A stretch of DNA of 30,401 bases. Origin: Cyanophora paradoxa CCMP329 (Eukaryota; Plantae; Glaucophyta). Every line of letters begins with the position of its first letter. Position 1 is the stretch's first letter. Positions 10,898 to 18,355 of this stretch are shown piece after piece. Location of the stretch: positions 1 to 30,401 of the forward strand of contig QPMI01000665.1 in NCBI GenBank assembly GCA_004431415.1, in the 5' to 3' direction. The position numbers were made by a program, and so were the translations under genes. The notes beneath the pieces were generated by a model, which saw only the letters and a program-made list of their open reading frames with translations, had not been told where the DNA came from and ran no database searches.

Positions 10898-11575
10898 ATG
10901 ACTTCCAACTGGTACCAGACCCTCAACTCCCTGGACGTTGGTGACAACACCAAGGATTTTGCGCGCATCCCCTCCGGTAGTTACGTCGACGTCTTTCTGC
11001 AAAATCCCGTCGTGATTCAGGCCGTTCAGAACGCCTACGCCACGCCCAAGATTTACTCCTACCAGCTCTTCTTCGACCCTTTGAGCCTCAGCGCAGAGGT
11101 AATCGAGCTGCTGCACGAATCCGGCCTCGTGAAAAAGGTCGCGCCTGCCACGGCCACGGCCAACGTCCTGCGCTGTCTCGAGGTAAAGTTCAGGGAGACG
11201 GGGTACGGCCCCACCGTGAACCAGTACACCGACAACAGTCTACCGGGTACGGGTGCGTACACGGCGCGGGGTACGCTCAAGGGCGACGTGCTCTTCACAA
11301 AATTCAATCCAAGTCCCGCCACCCTGGGGGCCCTCTACACGGGCGGCAACCCGCGCGAATCGAATCTGCCCCGCTTCCCCTTCACCTTTTTCAAGTTCCA
11401 GGTCTTCCCCCTCCCCTACGCCGCAGACCAGCCCCACTTCAGCACGGGTGCCAGCCTCTGCGCAGAGCTGCGCGAGTGCTCGATTTCCTACAGGCACACC
11501 ACGGGCTCCGACGCGGTGCAGCCCGCGGCCCGCATCTCGGGCATCGGCAACGACATCGCCCTCCTCTACGGATAA
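10898..11575 (+). CDS. Beta-rich protein, paralogue A (candidate capsid/tube protein)
   Basis: Intact 225-aa ORF; aligns by eye with 11599..12384 over most of its length. Confidence 0.75.
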   Translation: MTSNWYQTLNSLDVGDNTKDFARIPSGSYVDVFLQNPVVIQAVQNAYATPKIYSYQLFFDPLSLSAEVIELLHESGLVKKVAPATATANVLRCLEVKFRETGYGPTVNQYTDNSLPGTGAYTARGTLKGDVLFTKFNPSPATLGALYTGGNPRESNLPRFPFTFFKFQVFPLPYAADQPHFSTGASLCAELRECSISYRHTTGSDAVQPAARISGIGNDIALLYG

Positions 11576-11598
11576 TCTTTCTCATTTGAGGTCGCAAA

Positions 11599-12384
11599 AT
11601 GCCTGCTACTTCGAACACCATCGTCAAGACCGTGCTGCCCACCCCCGATTTCTTCGGCGACGCCACGAACGCGGCCAACGCTGGGACGGATTCCGTGGTC
11701 TGGGACGGCAACTACGCCTCCATGCTGACCGTGAAAATCCAGAATCCAGTCATGCTGCGCATCACCTCCAACGACTTTGAGAATCCCGCCTCCTGCTCCG
11801 TGTACGTGTACTTTGACATCGACTCGGGAGTGAGCGCGGACGAGGCCGAGGCCCTCTGGCTTTCCGGCCTCCTTAAAAAGATAGAGCCCTCCGTACCCGA
11901 TCGGCCCGCGATTCGCGTGCTCGAGCTCAAGTTCACTGCGAACACCGCCCTCACCCGCACCTTTAATGGCGGCTCCAAGACTCACATTGACGGCGCTGCC
12001 ATCGATAGCACGCGCAAAACTACACAGGCCGTCCCCTTCGAGATGTACAACCTCTGGAAGATGACCGCAAAGGAGATGATGACGAATGCCACCACGGGCG
12101 GAGTCTCGGGTACCTCGTTTTCCTACGATTCCTCGAATCCCCGTACCCAGGTCTGGCCCCGGCTCCTCTTCACGAAATTCACTTTCAAATTGTACAACAA
12201 CATTGCGGGTATGCCTACCTCTGGAATGGTCGTGGGCTCTACCCTCATGGCCGAGCTGATAGAAGCTGAGGCAGACTACACAACTGCCACAACCAACCCT
12301 GCAAACGGCACGGCTACAAACTACGTATCCTGGGCCACAATAGGCCGCGAGTACGACACTAAGATTCACACCACTAGCGTCTAG
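11599..12384 (+). CDS. Beta-rich protein, paralogue B (candidate capsid/tube protein)
   Basis: Intact 261-aa ORF, GCAAAATG start, motif at 11580; shares QNPV, FD, SGLxKK, LExKF, NPR..PR..FT.F.F and G..L.AEL.E....Y with paralogue A. Confidence 0.75.
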   Translation: MPATSNTIVKTVLPTPDFFGDATNAANAGTDSVVWDGNYASMLTVKIQNPVMLRITSNDFENPASCSVYVYFDIDSGVSADEAEALWLSGLLKKIEPSVPDRPAIRVLELKFTANTALTRTFNGGSKTHIDGAAIDSTRKTTQAVPFEMYNLWKMTAKEMMTNATTGGVSGTSFSYDSSNPRTQVWPRLLFTKFTFKLYNNIAGMPTSGMVVGSTLMAELIEAEADYTTATTNPANGTATNYVSWATIGREYDTKIHTTSV

Positions 12385-12739
12385 ACTGGCTAAGCTGCAT
12401 TAGCGCCTGTGCCGCCTCCATCATCTCCGCAATCTCTTCGCTCTTCTCCCGCAGGCTTGTACCCTCCCTCTTCTTCTTCTGGATCTCCGACATCGATACC
12501 CAGCGCAGGTTCTCCCTCCTGTAGTCCAGCGGGTTGCCGTTGATGTGCTCCACGTACAGTCCACGTGGCGGCTTCCCGAGGATGAGCTGGGAGAGGTAGT
12601 GCTTGCGCCTCCCGAAAGTCTTGGTCACCCTGCCCCTGTCCAGTCGCCAGGGAAACTCCATCGCACTCCGGGGTACGTCCGAGTTGACCAGGACGTTGTA
12701 GGGCAGGTCGCGGGAGTCGGTGCACTTGAGCAGGGCCAT
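12374..12739 (-). CDS. HNH endonuclease-like protein, degenerate
   Basis: LSQLILGKPPRGLYVEHINGNPLDYRRENLRWVSMSEI versus phage HNH consensus MHRLI..VDHINGNxLDNRRxNLRxxTxxEN; motif at 12756, 17 nt before ATG. Confidence 0.75.
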   Translation of the reverse strand: MALLKCTDSRDLPYNVLVNSDVPRSAMEFPWRLDRGRVTKTFGRRKHYLSQLILGKPPRGLYVEHINGNPLDYRRENLRWVSMSEIQKKKREGTSLREKSEEIAEMMEAAQALMQLSQSRR

Positions 12740-12778
12740 TTTGCCCTAGGTTCAGAAAATGTTCGACCGGGGACCTTG

Positions 12779-13256
12779 GACCTTGGTGCTCGGACCTTGG
12801 TGCTTGGTGCTTGGTGCTTGGTGCTTTGGAAGCGTTTCTCTCAGGACCCGGGCCCAGACTTTCTCCAGGATCGGAAATTTGTCAGACAAGTCAGGTGAGT
12901 TTTTCTACGGACTTTTTTACTCGTAGTCTTTTTTAGTCGTACCACCCCTCATACTCTTTTTTACTCGTAGTCTTTTTTACTCTTACGACTTCTCGTACCC
13001 TCTGTCTCTTGACATCTCGCTTGAAATCGCTCTCGAAAACTCTGTCGACATTTCAGACTCTACCTCTCTCGAAATCTCACCTGGAATGTCACCGGAAACG
13101 TCGTATGCAAAATGCAGTACCCCTTTCTAAGTCTGCCCGATGGTTAATGACTTGGCGCGGCAAACTCTCAGATCCAGAGAAAGTCTGGGCCCAGACTCTG
13201 AGAGTAACGCTTCCAAAGCACCAAGCACCAAGCCCCAAGGTCCGAGCACCAAGGTC
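12779..13256. repeat. ~110-bp imperfect inverted repeat (12779-12893 / 13148-13256) with CTTGGTG heptamers and T-rich spacer repeats
   Basis: The arms are reverse complements (GACCTTGGTGCTCGGACCTTGG..GCTTTGGAAGCGTT.CTCTCAG..GGGCCCAGACTTTCTC..CAAGTCA); the spacer has TTTTTTACTCGTAGTC-type repeats at ~12912-12986. Confidence 0.9.
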
Positions 13257-13314
13257 AAGTAAAAATAGTCGGCCAATTTTTACAAGTATGTACAATGGAA
13301 TGACGCAATACTAT

Positions 13315-14337
13315 TTACAGCATCTCAAAGTCAGAGTCATCGCCATCGGAAACCAACTCAATGAGGCCCTCGGGCGCCGACTTAAGGGGAATGCGGGGAA
13401 GGGCCTGCGCTGCCTGCACTAAGTCCTGCCGCTCCTGCTCGCGCTGCGCCGCCAAGGCCGCTGCCGCCTCTGCCTCGCGCTGCCGCTGAGCCTCAATGCG
13501 CGCCTTGAGCTCGGCTGCCTCCTTCTGCTTGCGCTCGGCAATCTTGGCCAGCGTCATCTCGCGACGAAGAAGGCGCTCGTGACGCAGCTTGCGCCGCAGC
13601 TCGGCCATTTCGCGCTTGGCGATGATGCGCTTCTCAATGGTCTTGACGTGCTGAGTCAGGCGCTCGGTGTAGTGTGACGTCACACGAGAACGGGCAATGC
13701 CAGCGCCGAGCTTCAAGTCCTTGGCGTTTTCCTTGGCGGGGTCCTTGACGCGCTCGGAGTTGTCGGTGAATGACGTAGTCTCCATGAACTTCTTCTTGAC
13801 GATTGACTTGGTCTTGATAATGCGGCGCTTGCGAGTCGGGTTTTCGTTGTCGCCTTCAGAGTCAGAAGACGACTCAGAGTCGTATGGGATCGGCACGTCA
13901 AAGTCGATGAAGTCGTTGATGTCAGACTCGACGTCAGAGGCCTCGGACTTGGCGTCTTCAGTGGGCTGAGGGGCAGATGACGACGATGACGGAGGGGGGT
14001 AATTCGTGAAGACTTGAGGGGGATAGGCCCAGGCGAGCGTCTCGGCGGCAGACTCGGCGAAAAGCTTGGGGTCGCCCCAGCCAGTGGGAGTCTTGACCCA
14101 GCCGGGGACGGGGGGCACGTCGACGGGGGGCTCGGGCTTGGGTTGCTTGGACTTGGGCAGAAGGGCGGGTACAAAGTTGAGGTTGATGGTGCGGACATTA
14201 CCGTCGCTGTAAGCTTGGTAGCAGTACCCCAGATTGCGGGCACGCTTCTCCATTTCACGGGTAGGCCAATCGCGGGACTTAGTCCACATCTCGCGGGCCT
14301 TGGCAAGGTCCTCAACAAGCTCAGAGGGAAGCGACAT
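13315..14337 (-). CDS. Hypothetical nuclear/regulatory protein (acidic tract, basic NLS-like motif, coiled coil)
   Basis: Intact 340-aa ORF from MSLPSELVE; SDVESDINDFIDFD, DSESSSDSEGDNE, PTRKRRIIKTK, long charged helix, C-terminal LIELVSDGDDSD. Confidence 0.7.
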   Translation of the reverse strand: MSLPSELVEDLAKAREMWTKSRDWPTREMEKRARNLGYCYQAYSDGNVRTINLNFVPALLPKSKQPKPEPPVDVPPVPGWVKTPTGWGDPKLFAESAAETLAWAYPPQVFTNYPPPSSSSSAPQPTEDAKSEASDVESDINDFIDFDVPIPYDSESSSDSEGDNENPTRKRRIIKTKSIVKKKFMETTSFTDNSERVKDPAKENAKDLKLGAGIARSRVTSHYTERLTQHVKTIEKRIIAKREMAELRRKLRHERLLRREMTLAKIAERKQKEAAELKARIEAQRQREAEAAAALAAQREQERQDLVQAAQALPRIPLKSAPEGLIELVSDGDDSDFEML

Positions 14338-15105
14338 CTGCGCAAAGGGAAAAGAGTTCAGCAAAGGCAAAACGTGAGGTGACTGAGAGAGCGGACTTGT
14401 GAAAATTCGGAGAGGCAGGGTTTCCTTGGGCTGAGAGAAGGCGGCGAACCCGTTTCAAGAGTGAGGCAAAGTGGGCCGCCAGATGCCAGGCGTACGCGGA
14501 GTGGGAGAAGGCGTGCGGGATCACGAAGGTCATGAAAGAACGTCGCGCCAAGGCGAAGCGCACTGAGGCGCGCGGGCGCGAGGCCGACGCGCCGCCTGAC
14601 GATACGGCTGGCAACGCTCGCAGGAAGCGCGCGGATCCGGAGCCCCGGCAGCGGGAACGCTGCAGGGAGTGCGGTGCCCTCGAGTCCCGCCACCAAGGCG
14701 GGGAAACCCTAGCCCTCTCACACCTGAGCTGCCCGCCAGACGACTACGGCTGGGTCCGGCTTCAGCGGCCATGCAAGTATACGACCATACGAACAGGTAT
14801 GCTTGGGGCGTGGGCACACAGAGGGCGCGCCCGCGCTAGAGGGAGACACTGGGGGATTGCGGTCTGGGGGCGGGGCCGGAGGACGCAACACCAACAAATG
14901 GAGGCGGCGGAGGCGACGGCAGGAGGCGGCCAGTAGCCCAATCTACTGGGGCTGGCGAGGAGCCTGGCACACGCGCGGCGAGGCCCTTGGGCAGCGCTGG
15001 CGGCGGACATACCATGATTGGGAGTCTTTTGTAGAGATAGGACCTCGTAGCCGGGAGTTTAGGTTGGTTTAGAAATCGATACAGCTAGCTTCCACATCAT
15101 TAGTA

Positions 15106-15246
15106 TTAGTTAGAAACCTCCTTAGCTAGATATCTAGACACGAAACCTTCAAACCTTTCGTTCATTTTGTACTTTCTAAAGCACAGCATACGACGGTCCT
15201 CGATAGTATCTAGTCGGAGAGATTTATTGGGCGATGTGAAACTCAT
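15106..15246 (-). CDS. Small hypothetical protein (46 aa)
   Basis: ACAATG start, MSFTSPNKSLRLDTIEDRR..; lies downstream of a 17-mer also found upstream of the 14337 gene. Confidence 0.3.
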   Translation of the reverse strand: MSFTSPNKSLRLDTIEDRRMLCFRKYKMNERFEGFVSRYLAKEVSN

Positions 15247-15360
15247 TGTAGTTGTGTTGTGTGCTAATGCAAGAGATTTTAATTCAAGAGTGAGGCAAAA
15301 TGGCGGCGGACCGCGGTTTTGTTGCCGATTTTTTTCGCGGTCTAGTTCGCAACGGAAAAC

Positions 15361-15533
15361 GTTGCCAACTGGCCTGAAAAAAGCCAAATTTGGCCTTTTC
15401 TTACGTTTCTCCCCCCTTCCTTCGCTGCAAACTGGACCTAAAAAAATGTTGGGCCGAAGGAAATCTCACGGAAAAAGTCCCTTCTCCCCCCTGTTTTGCT
15501 GCAAACTGGACCGCAAAAAAGTTGGACCGAAGC
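15361..15533. repeat. Imperfect ~40-50 bp direct repeats (GCAAACTGGACC..AAAAAA..TTGG.CCGAAG)
   Basis: Two close copies at ~15421-15460 and ~15494-15533, plus a weaker one at ~15361-15395. Confidence 0.7.
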
Positions 15534-15565
15534 CCCCCTACCCCGCTGAGTCAACCTGGCGGAAA

Positions 15566-16117
15566 TCACTCGAGTGCGTCCTCCGAAGGTCGAGTCTCGG
15601 GGTTGGGTGTACCCCCGTCCAGAAACTCATCTGAGGTCCACAGATTTTTCCCCAGCCGTGTCAGGTATGCCAAAACGGCCGCCTTATCTGGAAGATAATT
15701 CTCAGTCAGCAGCCGTTGAAAGGCGTTACGAAATCGCATGACAACCTCATCTGGATTCATATCCTTTATGAACGCCATGAACTGCGAATTTTTTGCAAGC
15801 TCCTCCGCTGCAACGGTGTCCGTATTGGGGAATGCTATTGGATACGGGAAATATCCTCGTGGAACCCCAGCAAGGTTGCTGCCTTGTGTCGACTTCACTA
15901 GAAGAGGTGCGGCGTAGCCAGTCATGGATTGCTTCACGCCGAGCCCGTTGTGGCTGAAATCGTACCGTTGGCGGGCCAGGCTTCCTGTGAGCTCTTGCTC
16001 CATGCGCCCAATAAATGAGCGATCGTATGCTGCGCGCTTTCGATCGTATGAGGCTTCGACATTATCGCGTGTTGTGTCGACTATCCTCTTCCGACGGTCC
16101 ACTGTCCAACTGGTCAT
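15566..16117 (-). CDS. Hypothetical viral protein (183 aa)
   Basis: True start likely CTCAAATG at 16117 (MTSWTVDRRKR..), with AATTTTCGGA 22 nt upstream; the upstream extension in the ORF track only translates repeats. Confidence 0.65.
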   Translation of the reverse strand: MTSWTVDRRKRIVDTTRDNVEASYDRKRAAYDRSFIGRMEQELTGSLARQRYDFSHNGLGVKQSMTGYAAPLLVKSTQGSNLAGVPRGYFPYPIAFPNTDTVAAEELAKNSQFMAFIKDMNPDEVVMRFRNAFQRLLTENYLPDKAAVLAYLTRLGKNLWTSDEFLDGGTPNPETRPSEDALE

Positions 16118-16159
16118 TTGAGCTTTCCCCTCCCTCCGAAAATTTCCCCGCTTTTGAGT

Positions 16160-16227
16160 CCAGACTCTGATTTTAACTCTTCCCAAGTCCCAAGCACCAA
16201 GCACCAAGCACCAAGGTCCTAGGTCCC
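16160..16227. repeat. Third, partial copy of the inverted-repeat arm (CACCAAG heptamers)
   Basis: CCAGACTCTGA..TAAC.CTTCC.AAG..CCAAGCACCAAGCACCAAGCACCAAGGTCC matches 13191-13256 in the same orientation. Confidence 0.85.
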
Positions 16228-16354
16228 ATTTTTCTCCCATTTTGACTCGAGATTCTGTCCAAGTCCAAATCCGGCCCCGGGATTCGAACCCTCGTTTTGG
16301 GTCGATTTCACGCGTGAAAACAGCACTTTTCGGCCTTTTCCGATTTTTCCTTTC

Positions 16355-16462
16355 TCGCGATCGCATTAATGCCCCCGATCTCGAAATCGCGATCGAAAAG
16401 GGTCGCGATCGGGAGAAAGTCGCGATCACCAGGGTCGCGATCGGCTCGTGATCGCCGCGATC
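16355..16462. repeat. TCGCGATC motif array, ~16-bp spacing
   Basis: Exact copies at 16355, 16387, 16403, 16420 and 16435; variants at 16446 and 16455. Confidence 0.85.
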
Positions 16463-16714
16463 GCCAGCCTCGGAGGGGGTACCCCCACAGCTGTTGCGGC
16501 GGTTATAAGAACCTCCGCAATCCAAGCGTCACTTCCGAGTCTCGAGCTCTCGGAGTTGACTTTTCGCGTTTGGCCCATTGATGGCCCTCATATATATATA
16601 CGCATAATCTCACGACAATGTCCAGAATTCACTACAGATAGCTAGCTATAAAGCGGGCCGCGAAGGCAAAGTAAATACATTCGGGCATTCCAGAAGCTGG
16701 TACTATTACTCTGA

Positions 16715-17595
16715 TATAAGCCGGTGAGCCGGGGCCGCCGGGGGCGACACAGAATTCGAAGAATCGCCTCGAGGGAGTGAGAGGGGCACCTGAGAATGAT
16801 GGGCCCGCGGAACCACGCCCGTCCTCCCCAGGGCGGGCCCCGCGCCTGCATCCGAGCCCTGCGAAATAACATCTATTACATTGGGATTCAGTTTATATAA
16901 GGTGAGCCGGGGACGCCGGGCACGACACAGAAGAATCGCCTCGAGGGAGTGAGGGGGCACCTGAGAATGATGGCCCGCGGAACCACGCCCGGCCTCCCCA
17001 GGGCGGGCCCCGCGCCTGCATCCGAGCCCTGAGAACCAACATCGATTACATTGGGATTCAGTTTATATAAGGTGAGCCGGGGCCGCCGGGCGCGACACAG
17101 AAGAATCGCCTCGAGGGAGTGAGGGGGTCATCAGAGAATGATGGGCCCGCGGAACCACGCCCGGCCTCCCCAGGGCGGGCCCCGCGCCTGCATCCGAGCC
17201 CTGAGAACCAACATCGATTACATTGGGATTCAGTTTATATAAGGTGAGCCGGGGCCGCCGGGGGCGACACAGAAGAATCGCCTCGAGGGAGTGAGGGGGG
17301 CACCTGAGAATGATGGGCCCGCGGAACCACGCCCGGCCTCCCCAGGGCGGGCCCCGCGCCTGCATCCGAGCCCTGAGAACCAACATCGATTACATTGGGA
17401 TTCAGTTTATATAAGGTGAGCCGGGGCCGCCGGGCGCGACACAGAAGAATCGCCTCGAGGGAGTGAGGGGGTCATCAGAGAATGATGGGCCGGGCCCGAG
17501 GAACCACGCCCGGCCCGGCCTCCCCAGGGCGGGCCCCGCGCCTGCATCCAAGCCCTGAGAAACAACATGTGGTATACATGGATTCAGAATCTATA
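16715..17595. repeat. Tandem satellite, five units of ~172 bp
   Basis: GGTGAGCCGG recurs at 16723, 16901, 17071, 17243 and 17415; inner units near-identical, outer units diverged. Confidence 0.95.
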
Positions 17596-18355
17596 AGATG
17601 CGGGGGTGCCCGGGCCCTAGTGGGATGGCAAGAGCGAGACCAGGGCACCATGTGCCATCCACAGAAGTTTCTTTTCGAACTGAATATCTTTGGATAGAAT
17701 TGAGCTCTATTACATCAGAGTACATCATAAGAACGACAATGAAAAGAACTTTCAGGATATATAAAAAGGTCGGGACTCGCAAAGTAATCTAACCTGTAAG
17801 AGCCCGCCAAAACGTCTGACGAGCTCTCAAGCCTGACATCATGGCATCTTGATCATGACCTCATCCAACTCTGTCATCATGAAAACTGACCTCGCCGAGT
17901 CGGTGAGTGACTCCATTCCCAGTCAACAACAGCATGTGTGTTGCATCATATAAAGGCTTAAACAAGCCTCATATGTCACTCATTAACAGGGCATCGCTTG
18001 TTGGAACGAGATTTCGGAAATTATTACGGCCAGGTGCCGCCTAGAGCTAGCTATAGTGCACGTGCCCCGGGCCCTGGGCCCCCACGGCCATGCCGCCGCG
18101 GCGCACTCGTACTATGCCCCGCTGCCGTGCCCCCACGTGCCTCACTATATATGCCCCGGCGCCGCGATCGCGACCGCCGTGCCGCCACGTAACCCGCCTC
18201 GCTGTGGCGTGCCCTCATGATCACGTGCACATATATATGCATGTCCCCTACACATGTCGTAAATGACGCCATGTGTCAATGCGAGACAAAGCAAATTTGG
18301 AGCTACTAGGCTAGTCAAAATCACATCAAAATCTCTGCACACATTGAGCGGGGGA

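Larger units (their letters stand above)
1..16500. mobile_element. Endogenous eukaryotic DNA virus (HUH-encoding, unclassified); left end outside window, right end approximate
   Basis: Tightly packed, essentially intronless genes with ~20-40 bp spacers; virion-type domains (fibre repeats, C1q, FN3/LamG), HUH and HNH proteins; shared upstream motif and A-rich ATG context without Shine-Dalgarno; abrupt switch to satellites and intron-rich GC-rich host genes after ~16.7 kb. Confidence 0.8.

Noticed and set aside
14532-14936. Plus-strand ORF with CxxC (RCRECG)
   Set aside because: No upstream motif at the expected distance and no family recognised; it lies just beyond the putative minus-strand promoter. 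Left uncalled.
1-16500. Bacterial prophage or phage contaminant (tail-fibre, tape-measure and HNH-like genes)
   Set aside because: No Shine-Dalgarno pattern; A-rich eukaryote-like ATG context; each gene has its own upstream motif; NLS/SIM-like motifs and a candidate intron; no terminase, portal or HK97 capsid recognised; flanked by eukaryotic genes. A chimeric join is not formally excluded.
16701-16709. TACTATTAC matching the CRESS nonanucleotide NANTATTAC (also TAGTATTAG at 15101)
   Set aside because: No convincing stem around either. The 16701 copy corresponds to the diverged CTATTAC/GATTAC part of the satellite unit.
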